A stretch of 52,598 nt of DNA from Micavibrio aeruginosavorus (GCA_016184045.1 JACPDM010000034.1:2683-55280); one strand, 5' to 3'. Shown: positions 1 to 10,450, counted from the stretch's first letter. A program made the numbers and translations. The notes: a model not told the origin generated them from the sequence alone.

Positions 1-204
1 GGCTGGGGGATGCAGCTTTATGCTGCACGGCATGATTGCCATGATACGGGCTGCCACCATCCTCCTTGCGCGCCGAAAAAACACAATGCGGTCCTGCTTC
101 TCTGGGTAGCGACGGGCATCTTTGCCCTTAATACCGGCATTTTGCTGTTCGCGCACAAACCGCATGCTCCGCACCCGGTAACTGCCGTAGAAGCCGCCCC
201 TTAA
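1..204 (+). CDS. Probable C-terminal fragment of a small membrane protein with a Cys/His-rich loop (partial at window edge)
   Basis: Frame is open from base 1 (GWGMQLY...); HDCHDTGCHHPPC is followed by a hydrophobic helix. Confidence 0.5.
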   Translation, partial: GWGMQLYAARHDCHDTGCHHPPCAPKKHNAVLLLWVATGIFALNTGILLFAHKPHAPHPVTAVEAAP

Positions 205-279
205 GGTCTTCCTTCTTCAAGTCTTTATCTTCGCCCCCAATTTGGCTAATTTGACTCCTTGAAGGGGCGAGGGAAGAGA

Positions 280-1179
280 ATGTCGGACAGAGTGCGTTTG
301 ATTGTTTCATGGCTGGCATGGCCGGTGCTGCTTGGCGGATGTCTTGCCGCAACGGCGTGGGGCTACAGCATCGGCAAGCCGGTGCTGACGTTTAATCTGA
401 CCTATTTTTCTCTTGCTGGGGTTTTGCTGCTGCTCGAATACCTGATGCCGCATGAGCGCAGCTGGCTGGCCTCCGACGGGCAGACCCCGGCCAATATCGC
501 CCATACGCTGCTGAGCAAGGGCACTGTCCAGACCTTGATCGTATTCAGCTCCGTGATCGGCCTTGCCGCCTATGTTACGCCTATGGCTGAACCCGGCCAT
601 GGCTTCTGGCCGCGTGACTGGCCGCTCTGGGCGCAGGTCGTCATAGCGGTCTATCTTTCCGAATTCGGGCTCTATTGGGCGCACCGTCTGGCGCATGAAT
701 GGCCGCCGCTCTGGCGCTTTCATGCCATCCACCACAGCGTGACGAAACTCTGGGTCGTCAATACCGGGCGGTTCCATTTCGTCGATTCCTTGAAAAGCAT
801 TGTTCCCGGCATGATGATCCTTATTCCGCTGGGCGCGCCGATGGAGGTGATAACATGGCTTTCCGCCATCACGGCCTATATCGGCATTCTGACCCACTGC
901 AATGTTGAAATGCGCTTTGGTCCGCTGTCGTGGATATTCAATACGCCGGGGCTGCATCGCTGGCACCACAGCCGCGATCTGCGCGAAGGCAATAAAAATT
1001 ACGGCGAGAACGTCGTCCTTTGGGACATACTGTTCGGAACGTGGTTTAATGAAAACCGTCGCCCGCCCGCCGATATCGGCATTTCCGAAGCCATGCCGCC
1101 GCGCTTTATCGATCAGGTTCTATGGCCGTTCCGCCGCCCGCAGCCTGCTCAAAGCCATGCGCCGGAAGCTGCGGAGTAG
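280..1179 (+). CDS. Sterol desaturase/fatty acid hydroxylase superfamily membrane enzyme (possibly OlsE-like)
   Basis: His boxes YWAHRLAH, FHAIHH and HRWHH; NYG...WD.LFGT motif; several TM helices; ATG at 280 after a purine-rich tract. Confidence 0.85.
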   Translation: MSDRVRLIVSWLAWPVLLGGCLAATAWGYSIGKPVLTFNLTYFSLAGVLLLLEYLMPHERSWLASDGQTPANIAHTLLSKGTVQTLIVFSSVIGLAAYVTPMAEPGHGFWPRDWPLWAQVVIAVYLSEFGLYWAHRLAHEWPPLWRFHAIHHSVTKLWVVNTGRFHFVDSLKSIVPGMMILIPLGAPMEVITWLSAITAYIGILTHCNVEMRFGPLSWIFNTPGLHRWHHSRDLREGNKNYGENVVLWDILFGTWFNENRRPPADIGISEAMPPRFIDQVLWPFRRPQPAQSHAPEAAE

Positions 1180-1188
1180 GGGTTTCGC

Positions 1189-2235
1189 ATGGGAGTAACT
1201 GGCAAAGTCGCTCTGATTACCGGTGTCACCGGGCAGGACGGCGCCTATCTGGCGCGCTTTCTTCTGGATCGCGGCTATGCCGTTCACGGCTTGCGCCCTT
1301 ATGCCGCCACGGATGACTGCGAACGCCTGAGGGGCGGCCTTCTGGATCGGCCCGGTTTTCACCTGCATCACGGCGATCTGGCTGATTCCGGCAACCTGAT
1401 CCGCATGCTGCAAGCTACAAAGCCCGATGAAATCTATAACCTCGGCGCGCAAAGCCATGTTGCGGTGAGTTTTGACGTGCCGGAGCAGACAGCAGACGTC
1501 AATGCGCTCGGAACATTGCGGTTGCTGGAGGCGATCCGCGCCCTGAATATGCAGGACAAGGCGCGGTTCTATCAGGCGTCCAGTTCCGAAATGTTCGGGA
1601 ATGCCCCCGCGCCGCAGGATGAAAATACGCCGTTTTCCCCTTGCAGCCCTTATGCTGCCGCCAAGCTTTATGCCTACTGGATCACGCGCACCTACCGGCA
1701 GGCTTACGGCGTTTTTGCGTGTAACGGCATCCTCTTCAATCACGAAAGCCCCTTGCGCGGAGCGGAGTTCGTCACGCGCAAGATCGCCCGCGCCGTGGCG
1801 CGCGGGGAGTCTTTGGCGCTCGGCAATCTCGATGCCTGCCGCGACTGGGGCCATGCGCGCGATTACGTGCGTGGCATGTGGATGATGTTACAGCAGGACG
1901 CGCCGGACGATTTCGTGCTGGCAACAGGGAAGAATCATAGCGTGCGCGATTTTGTCGTTGCCGCCTTTGCCCATGCCGGTACGACCGTTACATGGTCCGG
2001 CGATGGCCTGGCGGAGAAGGGGATTTGCGCCCGCAGCGGCAAAACGCTGGTGACGGTCGATCCCCGATTTTTCAGGCCTGCGGAGCTGCACAGTTTAAGA
2101 GGAAACCCCGCCAAGGCGAGGGAGAGGCTCGGCTGGGTTCCTGAGCACACGTTTGAAACTCTGGTTGCGGAGATGGTCGATGCCGAAGCCGATTTGATGC
2201 GTGGAGGACGGCATGACGTTCTTGCTGCGGAATAG
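1189..2235 (+). CDS. gmd: GDP-mannose 4,6-dehydratase
   Basis: [42 protein letters not shown] and RDWGHA motifs. Confidence 0.96.
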   Translation: MGVTGKVALITGVTGQDGAYLARFLLDRGYAVHGLRPYAATDDCERLRGGLLDRPGFHLHHGDLADSGNLIRMLQATKPDEIYNLGAQSHVAVSFDVPEQTADVNALGTLRLLEAIRALNMQDKARFYQASSSEMFGNAPAPQDENTPFSPCSPYAAAKLYAYWITRTYRQAYGVFACNGILFNHESPLRGAEFVTRKIARAVARGESLALGNLDACRDWGHARDYVRGMWMMLQQDAPDDFVLATGKNHSVRDFVVAAFAHAGTTVTWSGDGLAEKGICARSGKTLVTVDPRFFRPAELHSLRGNPAKARERLGWVPEHTFETLVAEMVDAEADLMRGGRHDVLAAE

Positions 2236-3160
2236 GCGGATCTGGGTCGCCGGGCATGGCGGTCTTGTCGGGTCTGCGCTGATGCGCCGCCTTGCGCGGG
2301 AGGGTTGCGACCTTCTCACCGTGGACCGGCGGACGCTCGATTTGCGCGATCAGGCCGCGACGGAACGCTGGATCAAAAGCAACCAGCCTGACGGAATCAT
2401 CATGGCCGCGGCCACCGTCGGCGGAATCGAGGCCAACCGCCGCCATCCGGCGGAATTTCTGTACGACAACATGATGATGTCGGCGAATGTCATTCATGCC
2501 GCCGCGCAGCGCGGCGTTTCAAAATTGCTTTATCTCGGATCGTCCTGCATCTATCCGCGTATGGCCATGCAGCCGATCGTGCCGGATGCGCTCTTGACGG
2601 GCCCTCTGGAGCAAACCAATGAAGCTTATGCCATCGCCAAGATCGCGGCGATTAAACTGGCGCAATATTACCGGATTCAGCACGGTTGCGATTTCATCTC
2701 GGCCATGCCCTGCAATCTTTACGGCCCTGGGGATCGTTTTGATGCGCTCAATTCCCATGTTATTCCGGCGCTGATGATGAAGTTCCACGAGGCCGTAAGG
2801 CGGGGCGACAAAACGGTGCGTCTTTGGGGGACGGGCTCGCCTTTGCGTGAATTTCTGCATGTGGATGATCTGGCTGAGGCGCTCGTTTTTCTTTTATGCG
2901 AATATAGCGGCGATTCCCCGGTCAATGCCGGGTCAGGGCAAGAAATTTCCATTCGCGATCTGGCCGCGATGATGGCAGACGTGACCGGGTATTCCGGCAG
3001 GATCGAGTTCGATCCCGCCATGCCGGACGGAACGCCGCGCAAGCTTCTTGATTCCGGCGTTTTGCATGGAATGGGCTGGCGTCCTTCAATCGCCCTGCGC
3101 GACGGTCTGGCGGCGACTTACGACTGGTACCGGAAGACGGGGGGATTGCGTGCAGCCTGA
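2213..3160 (+). CDS. fcl: GDP-L-fucose synthase
   Basis: [38 protein letters not shown] and REFLHVDD motifs; GGAGG before ATG 2213. Confidence 0.95.
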   Translation: MTFLLRNRRIWVAGHGGLVGSALMRRLAREGCDLLTVDRRTLDLRDQAATERWIKSNQPDGIIMAAATVGGIEANRRHPAEFLYDNMMMSANVIHAAAQRGVSKLLYLGSSCIYPRMAMQPIVPDALLTGPLEQTNEAYAIAKIAAIKLAQYYRIQHGCDFISAMPCNLYGPGDRFDALNSHVIPALMMKFHEAVRRGDKTVRLWGTGSPLREFLHVDDLAEALVFLLCEYSGDSPVNAGSGQEISIRDLAAMMADVTGYSGRIEFDPAMPDGTPRKLLDSGVLHGMGWRPSIALRDGLAATYDWYRKTGGLRAA

Positions 3161-4043
3161 CCACGCCTTGCAGGCTGTCGTTCCGGTCATTCTTTGCGGC
3201 GGCACGGGGCGGCGATTGCGGCCCCTCTCCCGCCCCCGGTGTCCAAAGCCTTTTCTCCGCCTGTACGGCAGGCATACGATGTTCCAGCAGACGATGCTGC
3301 GGGTACGCGATTGCGCTGCGCCTGTCATTATCCTCAACCATGAGCTGGCAGAACGCGCCCGCGCCGATATGGCGGAGGTCGGGGTTGCGCCAGCGTTGGT
3401 CGTAGCAGAGCCGCGCGGACGCAATACCGCACCAGCGCTGGCGGCAGCGGCGCTGATGATGCCGCCGGACAGTCTATTGCTCATCCTTCCTTCCGATCAC
3501 TGGATCGGCAATCCGGAGGCGTTGCTGCAATCTATCGGGCGTGCCGCGCCCCTGGCGCAAAAGGGATGGATTGTCGCCTTTGGGGTGCGCCCAACGCGCC
3601 CGGAAACGGGATTCGGCTATATCCGGCGCGGCTCAATGATTGAAAACGGGGTTTTTCGCATCGACCGTTTTGTTGAAAAGCCGCCGCGCGCTATCGTCGC
3701 TTCGCTCCTTCAAGACGGCGCCAGCGACTGGAATAGCGGCATGTTTCTGCTGTCTGCAGGGGCCGCCCTGTCGGAGCTCGAATGTTTTGAGCCCGGCCTT
3801 TTATCCGCGGTGAGAAACGCAGTCCATGAAGGGGGGCTCACAGGGGATGGCATACGCCTCGGGGACAGATTTTCCGTCGCGCCGCCGCTTTCCATCGATG
3901 TTGCCGTCATGGAACGCTCGCAAAAAACGCTGGTTGTTCCCGTTGATATGGACTGGTGCGATCTGGGCACGTGGCGGTCCGTAATTCGTCGCTATTTCAG
4001 GGCATTTTTTAAGCTCTTGCGCTTGCACTGCATCATCGTTTAG
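3150..4043 (+). CDS. manC: Mannose-1-phosphate guanylyltransferase (no C-terminal cupin isomerase domain)
   Basis: PVILCGGTG.RL.PLSR, EP.GRNTAPA, LPSDH, FVEKP, WNSGMF and WCDLG.W motifs; GTG start overlaps the fcl end. Confidence 0.9.
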   Translation: MQPDHALQAVVPVILCGGTGRRLRPLSRPRCPKPFLRLYGRHTMFQQTMLRVRDCAAPVIILNHELAERARADMAEVGVAPALVVAEPRGRNTAPALAAAALMMPPDSLLLILPSDHWIGNPEALLQSIGRAAPLAQKGWIVAFGVRPTRPETGFGYIRRGSMIENGVFRIDRFVEKPPRAIVASLLQDGASDWNSGMFLLSAGAALSELECFEPGLLSAVRNAVHEGGLTGDGIRLGDRFSVAPPLSIDVAVMERSQKTLVVPVDMDWCDLGTWRSVIRRYFRAFFKLLRLHCIIV

Positions 4044-4056
4044 CCTGTGAGGCATC

Positions 4057-4989
4057 ATGTGTCCGATCTCTCTTGTTCCCTATGTTTGCGGCGCGGGTGC
4101 GTCTGTACCGGGATGTGAATACGGCCCGCTTTACGCACGCGATCACGGCCTGACCGAGCGTTTGCAGAATGCAGGCATCGACGCCGTCTGGGTGGTCGAC
4201 CCGCAGGCGCACTGGTCTGGCCCCTACGGGCAGGTCGCCCATGCAGATCTGCCGCCGCGCGGCTCGCCCGAGCGCTTTGAGATCGTCGCATGGCATTGCC
4301 AGTCATTGGGCCGCAATGTCGCGGCAGAATTGCGGAATGGCAATCGTGTCGTCACCATCGGCGGCGACCACAGCATGGCTGCCGGATCTATCGCCGGAAT
4401 GGCGGAAGCCTTTGGCCCGGAGGCAAAGATCGGCGTCATCTGGATCGACGCCCATGCCGATCTCAACACCTTCGAATCGTCGCTCTCGAAGGCGCTTCAC
4501 GGCATGCCCGTCGCGGCGTTTCTGGGAATTGATAAATCGCTTGCGCCGCTTGGTCCGGCGAAGGCTGTTGTCATGCCGGAAAACGTGATTTATGCGGGTC
4601 TGCGCGATGTTGATGCGGCGGAATACGATATTGCCGCTGCGCACGGAATTCGCCTGATGAGCATGGATGATTTGCGCGCACAGGGCATTGCACAGGCATT
4701 GCAGGATTCGGTGACGCAGCTGGCTGGCCGTTGCGACCACCTTGTGCTCTCGATCGATCTGGACGCATTCTCCCTGGATGATGCGCCTTCTGTCGGGACG
4801 CCTGTTCCCGGCGGGTTTAAGCCGGAAGAAATCGTCCCGGTCCTCGCCGGGATTGTCCGGACCCATGCGATTGAAATGGTCGAAATTGTCGAATTCAATC
4901 CGCAGCTTCCGGGTGCGGAGAAAACATACGATTTTCTGGCGCAGATGCTATGTGACCTTCTGCCTGCCCGCATCGTGCAAAAACGCTGA
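4057..4989 (+). CDS. Arginase/ureohydrolase family protein
   Basis: Mn-binding motifs GGDHS, WIDAHAD, HGMP and SIDLD; also GTPVPGG and EIVEFNP. Confidence 0.88.
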   Translation: MCPISLVPYVCGAGASVPGCEYGPLYARDHGLTERLQNAGIDAVWVVDPQAHWSGPYGQVAHADLPPRGSPERFEIVAWHCQSLGRNVAAELRNGNRVVTIGGDHSMAAGSIAGMAEAFGPEAKIGVIWIDAHADLNTFESSLSKALHGMPVAAFLGIDKSLAPLGPAKAVVMPENVIYAGLRDVDAAEYDIAAAHGIRLMSMDDLRAQGIAQALQDSVTQLAGRCDHLVLSIDLDAFSLDDAPSVGTPVPGGFKPEEIVPVLAGIVRTHAIEMVEIVEFNPQLPGAEKTYDFLAQMLCDLLPARIVQKR

Positions 4990-4998
4990 AATCCGGTC

Positions 4999-5376
4999 CT
5001 AATCCCCGATACGCCGCATGGTGATGAAGGTGACGTTCCCGCCATATTCAATCTGGCCAGTCATCTGGATCTTGTCGCCCTTGCGCATCAGTTTCAGCGT
5101 CGATGTATATGTTACGGGCTGGCGCGAGGGGGAGCCGTCGGGCCGTAGCAGGGAAAAATCGGGGTCCGCGTCCGTCGGGTCGGCAACTGCGACCATTTCC
5201 ACTTCGGTTTCGCCCAGAACGCGGAATGTACTGGTCCACAGGCAGTTTGCCTTGTCCCTGCGGCTGGTTTGGCTATTGCGGATTTCCGTGATGCCGTCGC
5301 TTCGCATCTCCAGCGGTCCCTGATAACTGGTGGTGCTGGTGATCTGGTACTGGCCATCGAGTTCGTGGCTGGTCAT
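4999..5376 (-). CDS. Hypothetical protein, probably a beta-rich fold
   Basis: 125-aa ORF with GGAG upstream; fills the gap between its neighbours. Confidence 0.7.
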   Translation of the reverse strand: MTSHELDGQYQITSTTSYQGPLEMRSDGITEIRNSQTSRRDKANCLWTSTFRVLGETEVEMVAVADPTDADPDFSLLRPDGSPSRQPVTYTSTLKLMRKGDKIQMTGQIEYGGNVTFITMRRIGD

Positions 5377-5451
5377 GGCTGAAACTCCCTTTTACCCGCA
5401 AAGTGTCGCGAAATTCAGGGAAAAAGGGAAGGGGAAAACATGTTCGTGAAA

Positions 5452-6540
5452 TCAGGGCTGGCCCGGGGTCGGCTTTGGCATCTTGACCGTGAAAACCTGA
5501 TCGACGATCCCGCTTTCGGCGGCATAGACGCTTCCGGTCTGCATAAAGACGTTTTCGGCAATTTTCGTCAGCCGCTCAACCGAGGGCCGGAGAGAGGACA
5601 TGACAATGAACTCCTCGCCCTTTTCAAGGAAGAAGGAATGCGTTTTTCCTTCAAGGCAGATTTCAAATTTCTGGTCCGGTTCCGCGATCAGCTTGTGCGC
5701 GACCTGCCCGGCGCGTTCCAGCCATTCGGACTCATAGTGGAAGAAACCGGCAGACGCCTTCAGCCCCTTGATGCCGCGGGAATGATCGACGATGATCCGC
5801 ATGATGTTTTCGATGAATGGGGCAAGATCCTCGTTATAAGCCTTTTCAAGGGTATTTGCGCTGCTGTTCGAGTCGTAACCGAGCAGGACTTTACCGCCAT
5901 CGCCGGCCAGTTTGGCAAAGCCGCCGATAAATTCGCCCATCGCATGATTGGGGAACCAGTCAAGCGGGGCATTCGGCACGTTGGAAACAAGCGATCCGGT
6001 TGAAAACACAGTCGTGTTCGGGCGCGGCGGCAGGACGGAGACGGCGTTGCGGAAATCCATTTCATGGTTCTGCACGCGGATTCTTCGCCCGCTGCTGCGG
6101 GAATAGTCGCGGACGATTTTGGCCGCCTGCTTGTTGAATTCGGCGTTTACGTCGACGAAATGCACTTCTTTCAATTGCGGAAGAAGTTTTAAAATCTGCA
6201 TTTCCTTCTGGTCGAAGGACTCGCCCGGGCCGGGGCCGACGATGATGGCGCGTTCGGTTCCGGCAAGGTCCTGCGCGATAGCGGCCTTGTTGGCGGTGAT
6301 GTTGCTGATTTCACCGGAATGCAGGGAATAATTGTCGTTCACCTGCATGAATTTCTCATACAGCTTGCCGCCGCCGTTCAGATAGGCGATGTCGCCAAGG
6401 TGGCCGCGCTGGTCGCGCTTGAACAGGTCAAGCGCCGCGTGCGTGACGGCGTTTTTGAAATCTGCCTGACCCTGCCCCTTGCTGCCAAAGCACCATGGTT
6501 TGAGGTTCGGCTTCTTTTTAGCGTTTCGTTTTACCATCAC
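5452..6540 (-). CDS. Divergent EgtD-like (Methyltransf_33) SAM-dependent methyltransferase
   Basis: G..LYEK...Y.L...E, GPGPG SAM motif, VD.N, TGSLVSN and LLGYD......LEKAYN echo EgtD blocks. Confidence 0.7.
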   Translation of the reverse strand: MMVKRNAKKKPNLKPWCFGSKGQGQADFKNAVTHAALDLFKRDQRGHLGDIAYLNGGGKLYEKFMQVNDNYSLHSGEISNITANKAAIAQDLAGTERAIIVGPGPGESFDQKEMQILKLLPQLKEVHFVDVNAEFNKQAAKIVRDYSRSSGRRIRVQNHEMDFRNAVSVLPPRPNTTVFSTGSLVSNVPNAPLDWFPNHAMGEFIGGFAKLAGDGGKVLLGYDSNSSANTLEKAYNEDLAPFIENIMRIIVDHSRGIKGLKASAGFFHYESEWLERAGQVAHKLIAEPDQKFEICLEGKTHSFFLEKGEEFIVMSSLRPSVERLTKIAENVFMQTGSVYAAESGIVDQVFTVKMPKPTPGQP

Positions 6541-7210
6541 TTACACTTTTGAGTGCAGGGGAAATCGTGTCTGTCGGCGTGGCGCGGCGCCACATATCGG
6601 CAAACTGGACACGGTAAGCCTCCGCAATAGAGGGGTACTCCATCTTGATAATCGTGATTTCCGCGTCGAACAGGATGATCGCCAGCTTGTCGTCATAGAC
6701 ATAGAACGGCACGGACGCGAACAGATCGCGGGGGATCCAGCGGTACTCTGCATAGGATGATCCGGGAATGTAATTGTCCCCCTCGCGGATCAGGATCTTA
6801 TAGGTCACTTTGTTGACAAGCTTTTGCATGCGCTCGATATGCGTATCGGCGTATGCGCCAAGATGCTTGATAAACTGGCGCTCATCGACATTGCTGACCA
6901 GAATTTCGCCTTCATAGCCGTCTTTGACCGCATCGTAGATGTCGTCGTAAAAATCGATCAGGCCGTTATGCCCCTTGAAGATGCGGATGTCGCCTGTTTT
7001 AAGGCGGACGCCATCGGTGCCGAGGAATTCGATCCCGGCATTCTCAAAGGATTTCTGGATTGTCTGGAGGGTATTTGCGCGCGGGGTGCTCTGGCCGTTC
7101 TCGATACTGCCGATCGACGTTGCCGAGATTCCGGTGCGGTCCGCAAGATCGGACTGGCTCCAGTTCAGAATTCCACGCGCGCCGCGAATTTGTGCTGTTG
7201 TTATCGGCAT
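6518..7210 (-). CDS. XRE/HTH_3 transcriptional regulator with an uncharacterised C-terminal domain
   Basis: QIRGARGILNWSQSDLADRTGISATSIGSIENG HTH followed by a ~160-aa extra domain. Confidence 0.85.
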   Translation of the reverse strand: MPITTAQIRGARGILNWSQSDLADRTGISATSIGSIENGQSTPRANTLQTIQKSFENAGIEFLGTDGVRLKTGDIRIFKGHNGLIDFYDDIYDAVKDGYEGEILVSNVDERQFIKHLGAYADTHIERMQKLVNKVTYKILIREGDNYIPGSSYAEYRWIPRDLFASVPFYVYDDKLAIILFDAEITIIKMEYPSIAEAYRVQFADMWRRATPTDTISPALKSVSDGKTKR

Positions 7211-7428
7211 AGACTTTGCTTTTCCCAAAGTTTAAGGACGCCTGTTCGTGGCAACATTTAACGTAGTCCCGTGGATAAGTGCAATATAAAAAGTGGCTGA
7301 AAGGTGAAATTTTTTTCATAAAAATTCAGACTATGGAAAAACATTGTTAAAAAACAAGGGCTAACCCCAAAATTCTTGAAGTTTACGAAATATGACCGGT
7401 TGCAGGGGGCGGAGGGCGTCAGCGCCCT

Positions 7429-9465
7429 TTAAACCAGCCCCTCACGCCGCAGCAAGGCGTCAGGGTCCGGCTCTCGCCCGCGGAAGCGCACATAAAGGAC
7501 GCGCGGATGTTCACGCCCCCCTTGCGACAGGATATGGGCCTTGTACTCGTCGGCCGTTTTGCGGTCATAAAGCCCGCGCTCTTCAAACAGCTCGAAGGTG
7601 TCCGCGTCCAGAACTTCCGCCCATTTATAACTGTAATACCCGGCGGAGTAGCCCCCGGCGAACAGATGGCTGAATGCGACCGAGCTTGGCCCGGCCATGC
7701 GCTTGAAGAGGGTGGTGTCCGCCGTGGCCGCGTCCTCGAAGGTAGCGACATCCGTGATTGATGCCGGGTCGGCGGTATGCCAGGCCATATCCAGGAATCC
7801 GAAATTCACTTGGCGCAGGCCCGCCCATCCGCTCATGAAATTTTTGGCGGCATTCAGTTTTTCGATCAGGTCGTCCGGGATTTTCTCGCCGGTCTGGTAA
7901 TGTTTGGCGAAGAGATCGAGAGTCTCCTTCTTGTAAGCCCAGTTTTCCTGCACCTGTGAGGGAAGCTCGACGAAGTCCCACAGCACGTTGGTTCCCGCGA
8001 GGGATTTGTACGTGACGTGGGAAAGCATGCCGTGCATGGCATGGCCCATTTCATGGAACAGGGTCGTAACTTCGTCAAAGGACAGCAGCGACGGCTGGTC
8101 TTTGGTCGGTTTTGTGAAGTTGCAGACGATGGCGATGACCGGGCGGTGCACCGCGCCCGCGAACAGGCCCTGATCGCGGAAGCTGGTCATCCACGCGCCG
8201 TCTTTCTTTCCTTCGCGCGGATAGAAATCGGCATAGAACGTGCCCATGAACGCATCCGTTGCGTCATCGAAGACGTCATAGGCGACGACATCCGGATGCC
8301 AGACCGGATAGCTCTTGTTTTCGGTGAAACGCATCCCGAACAGGCGGGTGAAATGCTCGAACACCCCGGCCAGAACGCGGTTCAGCGGGAAATAGGGGCG
8401 CAGTTCTTCCGATGAAAAGGCGAACAGGCTCTCGCGCATTTTTTCGCTGTAATAGGCGATATCCCACGGCATCAGCTCGTCCGGCCCACCATGGTTCTTG
8501 GCGAAGTCGCGCAGGGCTGCAAGGTCTTTCAACGCCGCAGGTTTATAGGCTTTTTTCAGGCGCTCGAGAAAGACCATCACTTCTTCCGGTTTTTCCGCCA
8601 TGCGTTTTTCCATGACGTAATCGGCGTGGGTCTTGTAGCCGAGGATTTGCGCGCGCTCATGCTTGAGGCGCACGATCTCCATAACCAGCCCGCTATTGTC
8701 GTGCTGATCCTTCCAGGCGCGGCTGCCGAAGGCGCGCCAGATTTTTTCGCGCAGGGTGCGGTCATCCGCATACTGCACCACGGGCATATAACTGGGGACG
8801 TCGAGGGTAAAGAGCCATTTGTCTTTCTGGCCCTTGTGCTCGGCCATTTCCCTGGCAATCGCCCTGGCGGTCGGCGGAATGCCGGACAGCCGCGATTCAT
8901 CGTCGATCCAGAGCTCGAAAGCTTCCGCCGATTTCCTGACATTGTTCGAAAAATCGGGGCCAAGAACCGAGAGGCGTTCGTTCAGTTCGCGCAGCCGGGC
9001 TTTTTTCTCCGGAGGCAGAAGCGCACCGCTGCGCACGAATCCCTTGTAAGTTTCCTCGAGCAGTTTGTGCTGCTCGGCGTTAAGGCGCAGGGCGTCTCGG
9101 GAATCCCATACGGCCTTGATCCGCGCGAACAAGTCGGCATCCAGCGCGATGTCGCTGGAGAAATTCGATGTCAGAGGGCCGATTTTTTGCGAGAGTTCCT
9201 GCATGAAATCGTTCCCCGCGGCGGAGAGCAGATTGTAAAATACGCCTGTAACCTGATCCAGCGTCTCGCTCGCCGTTTCCAGGGCGATAATGGTGTTCTC
9301 TAAATCCGGCTTGCCCGGGTTTGACTTTATCGCCTCGACATTGCGCCGCGCCTCCGCGATCGCGGCCTCGACCGCCGGCAGGTAATCCTTGTCCTGGATG
9401 CGGTCAAAGGGCGGCGCCATGTTAGGAAGCGCGAAGACGCCGAGCAGCGGGTTTGTATGCGTCAT
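7429..9465 (-). CDS. M3A metallopeptidase (Dcp/oligopeptidase A family)
   Basis: FHEMGH, DFVELPSQ, HLFAGGYSAGYYSYKWAEVLDAD and GAWM motifs. Confidence 0.93.
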   Translation of the reverse strand: MTHTNPLLGVFALPNMAPPFDRIQDKDYLPAVEAAIAEARRNVEAIKSNPGKPDLENTIIALETASETLDQVTGVFYNLLSAAGNDFMQELSQKIGPLTSNFSSDIALDADLFARIKAVWDSRDALRLNAEQHKLLEETYKGFVRSGALLPPEKKARLRELNERLSVLGPDFSNNVRKSAEAFELWIDDESRLSGIPPTARAIAREMAEHKGQKDKWLFTLDVPSYMPVVQYADDRTLREKIWRAFGSRAWKDQHDNSGLVMEIVRLKHERAQILGYKTHADYVMEKRMAEKPEEVMVFLERLKKAYKPAALKDLAALRDFAKNHGGPDELMPWDIAYYSEKMRESLFAFSSEELRPYFPLNRVLAGVFEHFTRLFGMRFTENKSYPVWHPDVVAYDVFDDATDAFMGTFYADFYPREGKKDGAWMTSFRDQGLFAGAVHRPVIAIVCNFTKPTKDQPSLLSFDEVTTLFHEMGHAMHGMLSHVTYKSLAGTNVLWDFVELPSQVQENWAYKKETLDLFAKHYQTGEKIPDDLIEKLNAAKNFMSGWAGLRQVNFGFLDMAWHTADPASITDVATFEDAATADTTLFKRMAGPSSVAFSHLFAGGYSAGYYSYKWAEVLDADTFELFEERGLYDRKTADEYKAHILSQGGREHPRVLYVRFRGREPDPDALLRREGLV

Positions 9466-9487
9466 GCCTTGTATCTGTCCTTTGCTT

Positions 9488-10216
9488 CTATTTCTTCTTG
9501 CCTGTGGTCTGCTGTTCGCCTGCGCCGGGGATGATGGAAACGGCAGTCTGGTCGACGCCGCCTTCCTTGGTTTGCGCGTCGAAGGCCGTTACAGCAACAA
9601 TATAGGTGCCTGCGCCCGGAAATCTGGCCTTGGCCGTAAATTCTCCCGGGGTGCTGCCCGCCGTCATCGGGGTTTTCCCGGCGATGACAGACCCGATATA
9701 GATTGTCGCCTCGACTTCATAACGCCCGGCTTCGGCGGGCTTGCCGTCCATGCCGATGACATGGGCGGTCATGATGACGTCTTTCTCTGCATCGCTGGTC
9801 ATGACCTGCCCCGGGGTCGGCGTCACCAGATCGACCACAACCCCCGGCAGGGTCATGACGATGCCGTTCCCGGCGGAGTAATCCTTGCCGGGAATCAGCA
9901 GCATGTCATGTGTGGCGCTGACCATGCCCTGCTGCTGGGCGAGGGGGCCCATGGCGGTGATGCTCACCGGGGTTGGCCGCGGGAGATCAAGGGAAAGCCC
10001 GAGTTTTCCATGATCCGTAACGCCGCTGGCCAGCGTGTCGCCGGTGATTTTGTCGCGCATGGTGACTTGCGCGTTGCCAAGAGTTGTCGCGAATGGCGTG
10101 CCGCTGCTGCTTTGAACCATGACGGTAATGGGCGTTTCCTGTTGCGCCATGGCCGGGGCCGCGAAAAGCGTTGCGGCGAGAAACAGGCAGGGAATCAGGG
10201 GAAATTTGGGGGGCAT
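9488..10216 (-). CDS. Exported hypothetical protein with Ig/YtkA-like beta domains
   Basis: Signal peptide ending APAMA-QQ; GGAG RBS before ATG 10216. Confidence 0.7.
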   Translation of the reverse strand: MPPKFPLIPCLFLAATLFAAPAMAQQETPITVMVQSSSGTPFATTLGNAQVTMRDKITGDTLASGVTDHGKLGLSLDLPRPTPVSITAMGPLAQQQGMVSATHDMLLIPGKDYSAGNGIVMTLPGVVVDLVTPTPGQVMTSDAEKDVIMTAHVIGMDGKPAEAGRYEVEATIYIGSVIAGKTPMTAGSTPGEFTAKARFPGAGTYIVAVTAFDAQTKEGGVDQTAVSIIPGAGEQQTTGKKK

Positions 10217-10450
10217 CGGAAATCTCCGCGGAAAATGAAAATACATGGCACTCCGGATAGTGTCCGGGTTTCGGCGGGGCAGGTCAAGGGTTTGTGTTTT
10301 TCGTAATAGCGCAATCATTTTCCAGAAAATAATAATGCGCCGTACTTCGCGGCGCATCGTCCTTTCTTCCTTTTTCTTTCCGGAAGAATGCTCTTAAATG
10401 AAGGCACATAAAAATGAGCGGCTGAAAAAGTCTCGTTACAGGGAGCATCA

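Noticed and set aside
5452-6540. Ergothioneine biosynthesis locus
   Set aside because: No egtB/egtC/egtE in the window and the substrate motif is altered, so the gene symbol was withheld
9389-10306. 305-aa plus-strand ORF
   Set aside because: The minus-strand ORF has an RBS and signal peptide; this one reads like an antisense frame
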